This document shows positions 9,501 through 22,330 of a stretch of 64,000 nucleotides of DNA, piece after piece (position 1 is the stretch's first letter; every line of letters starts with the position of its first letter). This DNA comes from Antedon mediterranea (taxonomy: Eukaryota; Animalia; Echinodermata). Below the pieces are notes generated by a model. That model searched no databases. It had not been told where the DNA came from and saw only the letters and a list, made by a program, of their open reading frames with translations. The stretch lies in NCBI RefSeq assembly GCF_964355755.1, contig NC_092679.1, positions 8,896,201 through 8,960,200 on the forward strand. Reading direction: 5' to 3'. The translations under genes and the position numbers were made by a program.

Positions 9501-12500
9501 TTTTTCGAAAATCACAAAATTGTCTAAAACGTCTCCAAATGCGATTTGAAGCTATTCTGTACACTTTGATGTTTTTATGTTAACAAGTATTTTAGAAAAT
9601 CACAAAATGGTCTATAATGTCTCTAAATGCGATTTGAAGCTATTCTAAGCACTTTGGTGTTTTTATGTTAACAAGTTTTTTTCGAAAATCACAAAATGGT
9701 CTAAAACGTCTCCAAATGCGATTTGAAGCTATTTTAAGCACTTTGGTGTTTTTGTGTTAACAAGTTTTTCGAAATGCTCAAAATGGTCTAAAACGTCTCC
9801 AAATGCGATTTGAAGCTATTCTAAGCACTTTGGTGTTTTTATGTTAACAAGTTTTTTCGAAAATCACAAAATGGTCTAAAACGTCTCCAAATGCGGTTTT
9901 AAGCTATTCTGTACACTTTGGTGTTTTTATGTTAACAAGTTTTTTTCGAAAATCACAAAATGGTCTAAAACGTCTCCAAATGCGATTTGAAGCTATTCTG
10001 TACACTTTGATGTTTTTATGTTAACAAGTTTTTTCGAAAATCACAAAATGGTCTAAAACGTCTACAAATGCGATTTGAAGCTATTCTAAGCACTTTTGTG
10101 TTTTTATGTTAACAAGTTTTTTCGAAAATCACAAAATGGTCTAAAACGTCTGCAAATGCGATTTGAAGCTATTCTTAGCACATTGGTGTTTTTATTTAAA
10201 CAAATTTTTTCGAAACTCACAAAATGGTCTAAAACGTCTCCAGATGCGATTTGAAGCTATTTTAAGCACTTTGGTGTTTTTGTGTTAACAAGTTTTTCTA
10301 AATGCTCAAAATGGTCTAAAACGTTTTTAAACACGATATTAAGCTATTTTGTGCTCTTTGATGTTTTTTTGTGAAAAGTTTTAGCGAAATGCTCAAAATG
10401 GTCTAAAACGATTTCTAATGTGATTTTAAGCACTTTGATGTTTTTATGTTAACTAGTTTTTTCGAAAATCAAAAATGGTCTAAAACGTCTCCAAATGTGA
10501 TTTGAAGCTATTCTAAGCACTTTGGTGTTTTTATGTTAACAGTTTTTTCGAAAATCACAAAATGGTCTAAAACGTTTCCAAATGCGATTTGAAGCTATTC
10601 TGTACACTTTGATGTTTTTATGGTAACAAGTTTTTTAGAAAATCACAAAATGGTCTAAAACATCTCCAAATGCGATTTAAAGCTATTTTAAGCACTTTTG
10701 TGTTTTTGTGTAACCAAGTTTTTTCGAAAATCACAAAAGGGTCTAAAATGTCTCTAAATGCGATTTGAAGCTACTCTAAGCACTTTGGTGTTTTTATGTT
10801 AACAAGTTTTTTCGAAAATCAATAAATGGTCTAAAATTTCTCCAAATGCGATTTGAAGCTATTCTGTACACTTTACTGTTTTGTGTGAAAAATGTTTGTC
10901 GAAATCCTCAAAATGGTCAAAAACGTTTTTAAATACGATATTAAGCTATTTTGTGCTCTTTGATGTTTTTGTGTGAAAAGTTTTATCGAAATACTCAAAA
11001 TGGTCTAAAACGGTTTCTAATGTGATTTTAAGCACTTTGATGTTTTTGTGTAACCAAGTTTTTTCGAAAATCACAAAATGGTCTAAAATGTCTCCAAATG
11101 CGATTTGAAGCTATTCTAAGCACTTTGGTGTTTTTATGGAAACAATTTTTTTCGAAAATCACAAAATGGTCTAAAACGTCTCCAATAGCAATTTGAAGCT
11201 TTTCTGTACACTTTTGGTGTTTTTATGTTAACAAGTTTTTTCGAAAATCACAAAATGGTCTAAAACGTCTCCCAATGCGATTTGAAGCTATTCTGTACAC
11301 TTTGATGTTTTTATGTTAACAAGTTTTTTATAAAATCACAAAATGGTCTAAAACGTCTCCAAATGCGATTTGAAGCTATTCTGTACACTTTGATGTTTTT
11401 ATGTTAACAAGTTTTTTCGAAAATCACAAAATGGTCTAAAACGTCTCCAAATGCGATTTGAAGCTATTTTAAGCACTTTGGTGTTTTTGTGTTCACAAGT
11501 TTTTCGAAATGCTCAAAATGGTCTAAAACGTCTCCAAATGCGATTTGAAGCTATTCTAAGCACTTTGGTGTTTTTATGTTAACAAGTTTTTTCGAAAATC
11601 ACAAAATGGTATAAAACGTCTCCAAATGCGATTTGAAGCTATTCTGTACACTTTGATGTTTTGTGTGAAAATTTTCTGTCGAAATGCTCAAAATGGTCAA
11701 AAACGTTTTTAAATACGATATTAAGCTACTTTGTGCTCTTTGATGTTTTTGTGTGAAATGTTTTATCGAAATGCTCAAAATGGTCTAAAACGGTTTCTAA
11801 TGTGATTTCAAGCACTTTGATGTTTTTGTATAACCAAGTTTTTCGAAAATCACAAAATTGTCTAAAACGTCTCCAAATGCAATTTGAAGCTATTCTGTAC
11901 ACTTTGATGTTTTTATGTTAACAAGTTTTTCGAAAATCACAAAATGGTCTAAAACGTCTCCAAATGCGATTTTAAGCTATTCTAAGCACTTTGGTGTTTT
12001 TATGTTAACAAGTTTTTCGAAAATCACAAAATTGTCTAAAACGTCTCCAAATGCGATTTGAAGCTATTCTGTACACTTTGATGTTTTTATGTTAACAACT
12101 TTTTTCGAAAATCACAAAATGGTCTAAAATGTCTCCAAAATGCGATTTGAAGTTATTCTAAGCACTTTGGTGTTTTTATGGAAACAATTTTTTTCGAAAA
12201 TCACAAAATGGTCTAAAACGTCTCCAATAGCGATTTGAAGCTTTTCTGTACACTTTGGTGTTTTTATGTTAACAAGTTTTTTCGAAAATCACAAAATGGT
12301 CTAAAACGTCTACAAATGCGATTTGAAGCTATTCTAAGCACTTTTGTGTTTTTATGTTAACAAGTTTTTTCGAAAATCACAAAATGGTCTAAAACGTCTG
12401 CAAATGCGATTTGAAGCTATTCTTAGCACATTGGTGTTTTTATTTAAACAAATTTTTTCGAAACTCACAAAATGGTCTAAAACGTCTCCAAATGCGATTG

Positions 12501-14745
12501 CAAGCTATTTTAAGCACTTTGGTATTTTTGTGTTAACAAGTTTTTCGAAATGCTCAAAATGGTCTAAAACGTTTTTAAACACGATATTAAGCTATTTTGT
12601 GCTCTTTGATTTTTTTTGTGAAAAGTTTTAGCGAAATGCTCAAAATGGTCTAAAACGATTTCTAATGTGATTTTAAGGACTTTGATGTTTTTATGTTAAC
12701 TAGTTTTTTCGAAAATCACAAAATGGTCTAAAACGTCTCCAAATGCGATTTGAAGCTATTCTAAGCACTTTGGTGTTTTTATGTTAACAAGTTTTTTGGA
12801 AAATCACAAAATGGTATAAAACGTCTCCAAATGCGATTTGAAGCTATTCTAAGCACTTTGGTGTTTTTATGTTAACAAGTTTTTTCGAAAATCACAAAAT
12901 GGTCTAAAACGTCTCCAAATGCGATTTGAAGATATTTTAAGCACTTTGGTGTTTTTGTGTTAACAAGTTTTTCGAAATGCTCAAAATGGTCTAAAACGTC
13001 TCCAAATGCGATTTGAAGCTATTCTAAGCACTTTGGTGTTTTTATGTTAACAAGTTTTTTCAAAAATCACAAAATGGTCTAAAACGTTTCCAAATGCGAT
13101 TTGAAGCTATTCTGTACACTTTGATGTTTTGTGTGAAAATTTTCTGTCGAAATGCTCAAAATGGTCAAAAACGTTTTTAAATACGATATTAAGCTACTTT
13201 GTGCTCTTTGATGTTTTTGTGTGAAATGTTTTATCGAAATGCTCAAAATGGTCTAAAACGGTTTCTAATGTGATTTCAAGCACTTTGATGTTTTTGTGTA
13301 ACCAAGTTTTTCGAAAATCACAAAATTTTCTAAAACTTCTCCAAATGCGATTTGAAGCTATTCTGTACACTTTGATGTTTTTATGTTAACAAGTTTTTCG
13401 AAAATCACAAAATGGTCTAAAACGTCTCCAAATGCGATTTTAAGCTATTCTAAGCACTTTGGTGTTTTTATGGTAACAAGTTTTTTTGAAAATCACAAAA
13501 TGGTCTAAAACGTCTCTAAATGCGATTTGAAGCTTTTCTGTACACTTTGATGTTTTTATGTTAACAAGTTTTTTCGAAAATCACAAAATGGTCTAAAATG
13601 TCTCCAAATGCGATTTGAAGCTATTCTAAGCACTTTGGTGTTTTTATGGAAACAATTTTTTTCGAAAATCACAAAATGGTCTAAAACGTCTCCAAATGTG
13701 ATTTGAAGCTATTCTGTACACTTTGATGTTTTTATGTTAACAAGTTTTTTCGAAAATCACAAAATGGTCTAAAACGTCTACAAATGCGATTTGAAGCTAA
13801 TCTGTACACTTTGATGTTTTTATGTTAACAAGTTTTTTAGAAAATCACAAAATGGTCTAAAACGTCTCCAAATGCGATTTGAAGCTATTCTGTACACTTT
13901 GATGTTTTGTGTGAAAATTTTCTGTCGAAATGCTCAAAATGGTCAAAAACGTTTTTAAATACGATATTAAGCTACTTTGTGCTCTTTGATGTTTTTGTGT
14001 GAAATGTTTTATCGAAATGCTCAAAATGGTCTAAAATGGTTTCTAATGTGATTTCAAGCACTTTGATGTTTTTGTATAACCAAGTTTTTCGAAAATCACA
14101 AAATTGTCTAAAACGTCTCCAAATGCGATTTGAAGCTATTCTGTACACTTTGATGTTTTTATGTTAACAAGTTTTTCGAAAATCACAAAATGGTCTAAAA
14201 CGTCTCCAAATGCGATTTTAAGCTATTCTAAGCACTTTGGTGTTTTTATGTTAACAAGTTTTTCGAAAATCACAAAATGGTCTAAAACGTCTCCAAATGC
14301 GATTTGAAGCTATTCTGTACACTTTGATGTTTTTATGTTAACAAGTTTTTTCGAAAATCAAAAATGGTCTAAAACGTCTACAAATGCGATTTGAAGCTAT
14401 TCTAAGCACTTTTGTGTTTTTATGTTAACAAGTTTTTTCGAAAATCACAAAATGGTCTAAAACGTCTGCAAATGCGATTTGAAGCTATTCTTAGCACATT
14501 GGTGTTTTTATTTAAACAAATTTTTTCGAAACTCACAAAATGGTCTAAAACGTCTCCAAATGCGATTTGAAGCTATTTTAAGCACTTTGGTGTTTTTGTG
14601 TTAACAAGTTTTTCGAAATGCTCAAAATGGTCTAAAACGTTTTTAAACACGATATTAAGCTATTTTGTGCTCTTTGATATTTTTTTGTGAAAAGTTTTAG
14701 CGAAATGCTCAAAATGGTGTAAAACGATTTCTAATGTGATTTTAA

Positions 14746-15371
14746 AGACCCCTTCCCTGCAATTTTGGACGTTTTTTGGAAAATAATACATATATATCAC
14801 TTTAAAAACATTAAACCATGTCATTCCTTGTCTTAAATGTACGTTTTATGGTAAATTATGATAAAAAGTGAGAAACAATGCACTACCTAAGTAGCTCGCG
14901 GCGATCGACCTCTCGTGGACGGTCTTAGGCCTAGCCTAGCTAGGCTTAGTTTTGTAGGCCTAGCTGGTAAACATCGATAACGTACGAACATCGTACGCTA
15001 GCTATATACCTAGCCTGACGTTGTATAGTTGCTGCATTAATTGTCTTTTTATTTTTGCCAGACTCCGTTGATACAAATTGGGGAAAACCCGGTATTTTCG
15101 CTGAAAAGTTAGGAGTCTTCCATTTGTTTTGGCTTCACGATCGATCGAAAAGTGGGCGAATTACAGGTGAAAAACAAAAATATCAATCCGCGCGCAATGC
15201 ATTTTGGGATTTATAGCGGGCCGCTATAATTATTAGAATCGATTTATTTTTCACATTTTTAACCGTTTAAAGACGAAAAAAGTTATCGCAATATGACCAT
15301 ATAGTATTATTTTTACATTAAATATAGTTTGTGATCTTAAATTAGATCTAAAAAACGTAGGGAATAGGGCT
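14746..15371. mobile_element. Kolobok-like MITE, copy 3
   Basis: Same 626 bp, TTAA at 14742-14745 and 15372-15375. Private C>T at 15049 and G>A at 15366 in the right TIR. Confidence 0.9.
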
Positions 15372-16329
15372 TTAAGCACTTTGATGTTTTTATGTTAACT
15401 AGTTTTTTCGAAAATCACAAAATGGTCTAAAACGTCTCCAAATGTAATTTGAAGCTATTCTAAGCACTTGGGTGTTTTTATGTAAACAGTTTTTTCGAAA
15501 ATCACAAAATGGTCTAAAACGTTTCCAAATGCGATTTGAAGCTATTCTGTACACTTTGATGCTTTTATGGTAACAAGTTTTTTCAAAAATCACAAAATGG
15601 TCTAAAATGTCTCCAAATGCGATTTGAAGCTATTCTAAGCACTTTGGTGTTTTTATGGAAACAATTTTTTTCGAAAATCACAAAATGGTCTAAAACGTCT
15701 CCAATAGCAATTTGAAGCTTTTCTGTACACTTTGGTGTTTTTATGTTAACAAGTTTTTTCGAAAATCACAAAATGGTCTAAAACGTTTCCAAATGCGATT
15801 TGAAGCTATTCTGTACACTTTGATGCTTTTATGGTAACAAGTTTTTTAGAAAATCACAAAATGGTCTAAAACATCTCCAAATGCGATTTAAAGCTATTTT
15901 AAGCACTTTTGTGTTTTTGTGTAACCAAGTTTTTTCGAAAATCACAAAAGGGTCAAAAATGTCTCTAAATGCGATTTGAAGCTACTCAAAAAGCGATTTG
16001 AAGCTTTTCTGTACACTTTGGTGTTTTTATGTTAACAAGTTTTTTCGAAAATCACAAAATGGTCTAAAACGTCTCCAAATGCGTTTTGAAGCTATTTTAA
16101 GCACTTTGGTGTTTTTATCTTAACAAGTTTTTTCGAAAATCACAAAATGGTCTAAAACGTCTTCAAATGCGATTGAAGCTATTCTAAGCCCTTTGGTGTT
16201 TTTATGTTAACAAGTTTTTTCAAAAATCACAAAACGGTCTAAAACGTCTCCAAATGCGATTTGAAGCTATTCTGTACACTTTGATGTTTTTATGTTAACA
16301 AGTTTTTTCAAAAAACACAAAATGGTCTA

Positions 16330-19300
16330 AAACGTTTCCAAATGCGATTTGAAGCTATTCTGTACACTTTGATGTTTTGTGTGAAAATTTTCTGTCGAAA
16401 TGTTCAAAATGGTCAAAAACGTTTTTAAATACGATATTAAGCTACTTTGTGCTCTTTGATGTTTTTGTGTGAAAAGTTTTATCGAAATGCTCAAAATGGT
16501 CTAAAACGGTTTCTAATGTGATTTCAAGCACTTTGATGTTTTTGTGTAACCAAGTTTTTCGAAAATCACAAAATTGTCTAAAACGTCTCCAAATGCGATT
16601 TGAAGCTATTCTGTACACTTTGATGTTTTTATGTTAACAAGTTTTTTCGAAAATCACAAAAGAGTCTAAAATATCTCGAAATGCGATTTGAAGCTATTCT
16701 AAGCACTTTGGTGTTTTTATGTTAACAAGTTTTTTCGAAATCACAAAATGGTCTAAAATGTCTCCAAATGCGATTTGAAGCTAATCTTAGCACATTGGTG
16801 TTTTTATGTTAACAAGTTTTTTCGAAAATCACAAAATGGTCTAAAACGACTCCAAATGCGATTTGAAGCTATTCTGTATACTTTGGTGTTTTTATGTTAA
16901 CAAGTTTTTTCGAAAATCACAAAATGGTCTAAAACGTCTCCAAATGCGATTTGAAGCTATTCTAAGCACTTTGGTGTTTTTATGTTAACAAGTTTTTTAG
17001 AAAATCACAAAATGGTCTAAAACGTCTCCAAATGCGATTTGAAGCTATTCTGTACACTTTGATGTTTTGTGTGAAAATTTTCTGTCGAAATGCTCAAAAT
17101 GGTCAAAAACGTTTTTAAATACGATATTAAGCTACTTTGTGCTCTTTGATGTTTTTGTGTGAAATGTTTTATCGAAATGCTCAAAATGGTCTAAAATGGT
17201 TTCTAATGTGATTTCAAGCACTTTGATGTTTTTGTATAACCAAGTTTTTCGAAAATCACAAAATTGTCTAAAACGTCTCCAAATGCGATTTGAAGCTATT
17301 CTGTACACTTTGATGTTTTTATGTTAACAAGTTTTTCGAAAATCACAAAATGGTCTAAAACGTCTCCAAATGCGATTTTAAGCTATTCTAAGCACTTTGG
17401 TGTTTTTATGTTAACAAGTTTTTCGAAAATCACAAAATGGTCTAAAACGTCTCCAAATGCGATTTGAAGCTATTCTGTACACTTTGATGTTTTTATGTTA
17501 ACAAGTTTTTTCGAAAATCAAAAATGGTCTAAAACGTCTACAAATGCGATTTGAAGCTATTCTAAGCACTTTTGTGTTTTTATGTTAACAAGTTTTTTCG
17601 AAAATCACAAAATGGTCTAAAACGTCTGCAAATGCGATTTGAAGCTATTCTTAGCACATTGGTGTTTTTATTTAAACAAATTTTTTCGAAACTCACAAAA
17701 TGGTCTAAAACGTCTCCAAATGCGATTTGAAGCTATTTTAAGCACTTTGGTGTTTTTGTGTTAACAAGTTTTTCGAAATGCTCAAAATGGTCTAAAACGT
17801 TTTTAAACACGATATTAAGCTATTTTGTGCTCTTTGATGTTTTTTTGTGAAAAGTTTTAGCGAAATGCTCAAAATGGTGTAAAACGATTTCTAATGTGAT
17901 TTTAAAGACCCCTTCCCTGCAATTTTGGACGTTTTTTGGAAAATAATACATATATATCACTTTAAAAACATTAAACCATGTCATTCCTTGTCTTAAATGT
18001 ACGTTTTATGGTAAATTATGATAAAAAGTGAGAAACAATGCACTACCTAAGTAGCTCGCGGCGATCGACCTCTCGTGGACGGTCTTAGGCCTAGCCTAGC
18101 TAGGCTTAGTTTTGTAGGCCTAGCTGGTAAACATCGATAACGTACGAACATCGTACGCTAGCTATATACCTAGCCTGACGTTGTATAGTTGCTGCATTAA
18201 TTGTCTTTCTATTTTTGCCAGACTCCGTTGATACAAATTGGGGAAAACCCGGTATTTTCGCTGAAAAGTTAGGAGTCTTCCATTTGTTTTGGCTTCACGA
18301 TCGATCGAAAAGTGGGCGAATTACAGGTGAAAAACAAAAATATCAATCCGCGCGCAATGCATTTTGGGATTTATAGCGGGCCGCTATAATTATTAGAATC
18401 GATTTATTTTTCACATTTTTAACCGTTTAAAGACGAAAAAAGTTATCGCAATATGACCATATAGTATTATTTTTACATTAAATATAGTTTGTGATCTTAA
18501 ATTAGATCTAAAAAACGTAGGGAATGGGGCTTTAAGCACTTTGATGTTTTTATGTTAACTAGTTTTTTCGAAAATCACAAAATGGTCTAAAACGTCTCCA
18601 AATGTAATTTGAAGCTATTCTAAGCACTTGGGTGTTTTTATGTTAACAGTTTTTTCGAAAATCACAAAATGGTCTAAAACGTTTCCAAATGCGATTTGAA
18701 GCTATTCTGTACACTTTGATGCTTTTATGGTAACAAGTTTTTTCAAAAATCACAAAATGGTCTAAAATGTCTCCAAATGCGATTTGAAGCTATTCTAAGC
18801 ACTTTGGTGTTTTTATGTTAACAAGTTTTTTCGAAAATCACAAAATGGTCTAAAACGTCTCCAAATGCGATTTTAAGCTATTTTAAGCACTTTGGTGTTT
18901 TTGTGTTAACAAGTTTTTCGAATTGCTCAAAATGGTCTAAAACGTCTCCAAATGCGATTTGAAGCTATTCTAAGCACTTTGGTGTTTTTATGTTAACAAG
19001 TTTTTTCGAAAATCACAAAATGGTCTAAAACGTCTCCAAATGCGATTTGAAGCTTTTCTGTACACTTTGATGTTTTTATGTTAACAACTTTTTTCGAAAA
19101 TCACAAAATGGTCTAAAATGTCTCCAAATGCGATTTAAAGCTATTTTAAGCACTTTTGCGTTTTTGTGTAACCAAGTTTTTTCGAAAATCACAAAAGGGT
19201 CAAAAATGTCTCTAAATGCGATTTGAAGCTACTCTAAGCACTTTGGTGTTTTTATGTTAACAAGTTTTTTCGAAAATCACAAAATGGTCTAAAACGTCTC

Positions 19301-22300
19301 CAAATGCGATTTGAAGCTATTTTAAGCACTTAGGTGCTTTTGTGTAACCAAGTTTTTTCGAAAATCACAAAAAGGTCTAAAATGTCTCCAAATGTGATTT
19401 GAAGCTATTTTAAGCACTTTGGTGTTTTTGTGTTAACAAGTTTTTCGAAAATCACAAAATTGTCTAAAACGTCTCCAAATGCGATTTGAAGCTATTCTGT
19501 ACACTTTGATGTTTTTATGTTAACAAGTATTTTAGAAAATCACAAAATGGTCTATAATGTCTCTAAATGCGATTTGAAGCTATTCTAAGCACTTTGGTGT
19601 TTTTATGTTAACAAGTTTTTTTCGAAAATCACAAAATGGTCTAAAACGTCTCCAAATGCGATTTGAAGCTATTTTAAGCACTTTGGTGTTTTTGTGTTAA
19701 CAAGTTTTTCGAAATGCTCAAAATGGTCTAAAACGTCTCCAAATGCGATTTGAAGCTATTCTAAGCACTTTGGTGTTTTTATGTTAACAAGTTTTTTCGA
19801 AAATCACAAAATGGTCTAAAACGTCTCCAAATGCGGTTTTAAGCTATTCTGTACACTTTGGTGTTTTTATGTTAACAAGTTTTTTTCGAAAATCACAAAA
19901 TGGTCTAAAACGTCTCCAAATGCGATTTGAAGCTATTCTGTACACTTTGATGTTTTTATGTTAACAAGTTTTTTCGAAAATCACAAAATGGTCTAAAACG
20001 TCTACAAATGCGATTTGAAGCTATTCTAAGCACTTTTGTGTTTTTATGTTAACAAGTTTTTTCGAAAATCACAAAATGGTCTAAAACGTCTGCAAATGCG
20101 ATTTGAAGCTATTCTTAGCACATTGGTGTTTTTATTTAAACAAATTTTTTCGAAACTCACAAAATGGTCTAAAACGTCTCCAAATGCGATTTGAAGCTAT
20201 TTTAAGCACTTTGGTGTTTTTGTGTTAACAAGTTTTTCTAAATGCTCAAAATGGTCTAAAACGTTTTTAAACACGATATTAAGCTATTTTGTGCTCTTTG
20301 ATGTTTTTTTGTGAAAAGTTTTAGCGAAATGCTCAAAATGGTCTAAAACGATTTCTAATGTGATTTTAAGCACTTTGATGTTTTTATGTTAACTAGTTTT
20401 TTCGAAAATCAAAAATGGTCTAAAACGTCTCCAAATGTGATTTGAAGCTATTCTAAGCACTTTGGTGTTTTTATGTTAACAGTTTTTTCGAAAATCACAA
20501 AATGGTCTAAAACGTTTCCAAATGCGATTTGAAGCTATTCTGTACACTTTGATGTTTTTATGGTAACAAGTTTTTTAGAAAATCACAAAATGGTCTAAAA
20601 CATCTCCAAATGCGATTCAAAGCTATTTTAAGCACTTTTGTGTTTTTGTGTAACCAAGTTTTTTCGAAAATCACAAAAGGGTCTAAAATGTCTCTAAATG
20701 CGATTTGAAGCTACTCTAAGCACTTTGGTGTTTTTATGTTAACAAGTTTTTTCGAAAATCAATAAATGGTCTAAAATTTCTCCAAATGCGATTTGAAGCT
20801 ATTCTGTACACTTTACTGTTTTGTGTGAAAAATGTTTGTCGAAATCCTCAAAATGGTCAAAAACGTTTTTAAATACGATATTAAGCTATTTTGTGCTCTT
20901 TGATGTTTTTGTGTGAAAAGTTTTATCGAAATACTCAAAATGGTCTAAAACGGTTTCTAATGTGATTTTAAGCACTTTGATGTTTTTGTGTAACCAAGTT
21001 TTTTCGAAAATCACAAAATGGTCTAAAATGTCTCCAAATGCGATTTGAAGCTATTCTAAGCACTTTGGTGTTTTTATGGAAACAATTTTTTTCGAAAATC
21101 ACAAAATGGTCTAAAACGTCTCCAATAGCAATTTGAAGCTTTTCTGTACACTTTGGTGTTTTTATGTTAACAAGTTTTTTCGAAAATCACAAAATGGTCT
21201 AAAACGTCTCACAATGCGATTTGAAGCTATTCTGTACACTTTGATGTTTTTATGTTAACAAGTTTTTTATAAAATCACAAAATGGTCTAAAACGTCTCCA
21301 AATGCGATTTGAAGCTATTCTGTACACTTTGATGTTTTTATGTTAACAAGTTTTTTCGAAAATCACAAAATGGTCTAAAACGTCTCCAAATGCGATTTGA
21401 AGCTATTTTAAGCACTTTGGTGTTTTTGTGTTCACAAGTTTTTCGAAATGCTCAAAATGGTCTAAAACGTCTCCAAATGCGATTTGAAGCTATTCTAAGC
21501 ACTTTGGTGTTTTTATGTTAACAAGTTTTTTCGAAAATCACAAAATGGTATAAAACGTCTCCAAAGGCGATTTGAAGCTATTCTAAGCACTTTGGTGTTT
21601 TTATGTTAACAAGTTTTTTCGAAAATCACAAAATGGTCTAAAACGTTTCCAAATGCGATTTGAAGCTATTCTGTACACTTTGATGTTTTGTGTGAAAATT
21701 TTCTTTCGAAATGCTCAAAATGGTCAAAAACGTTTTTAAATACGATATTAAGCTACTTTGTGCTCTTTGATGTTTTTGTGTGAAATGTTTTATCGAAATG
21801 CTCAAAATGGTCTAAAACGGTTTCTAATGTGATTTCAAGCACTTTGATGTTTTTGTGTAACCAAGTTTTTCGAAAATCACAAAATTGTCTAAAACGTCTC
21901 CAAATGCGATTTGAAGCTATTCTGTACACTTTGATGTTTTTATGTTAACAAGTTTTTCGAAAATCACAAAATGGTCTAAAACGTCTCCAAATGCGATTTT
22001 AAGCTATTCTAAGCACTTTGGTGTTTTTATGTTAACAAGTTTTTTTGAAAATCACAAAATGGTCTAAAACGTCTCTAAATGCGATTTGAAGCTTTTCTGT
22101 ACACTTTGATGTTTTTATGTTAACAACTTTTTTCGAAAATCACAAAATGGTCTAAAATGTCTCCAAATGCGATTTGAAGCTATTCTAAGCACTTTGGTGT
22201 TTTTATGGAAACAATTTTTTTCGAAAATCACAAAATGGTCTAAAACGTCTCCAATAGCGATTTGAAGCTTTTCTGTACACTTTGGTGTTTTTATGTTAAC

Positions 22301-22330
22301 AAGTTTTTTCGAAAATCACAAAATGGTCTA
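16330..22330 (+). repeat. About 6-kb block duplicating about 2310-9010 but lacking the extra 704-bp 8-mer (boundaries approximate)
   Basis: Offset 14021 for GTTCAAAATG (2381/16402), the MITE (3885/17906), ATTGCTC (4901/18922) and GCGG (5812/19833). Offset then becomes 13317 for AATAAATGG (7444/20761). Confidence 0.85.
17906..18531. mobile_element. Kolobok-like MITE, copy 4
   Basis: Same 626 bp, TTAA at 17902-17905 and 18532-18535. No difference from copy 1 seen by eye. Confidence 0.9.

Noticed and set aside
12344-12631. 95-aa ORF, also at 23237-23524 and a 92-aa version at 52849-53127
   Set aside because: It is a chance open frame across about three satellite monomers with a TTG start. It recurs only because the block is duplicated, and one copy is frameshifted in a T-run.
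15399-15593. 64-aa minus-strand ORF
   Set aside because: It is a translation of two satellite monomers (repeating RFRPFCDFRKN) with no coding features.
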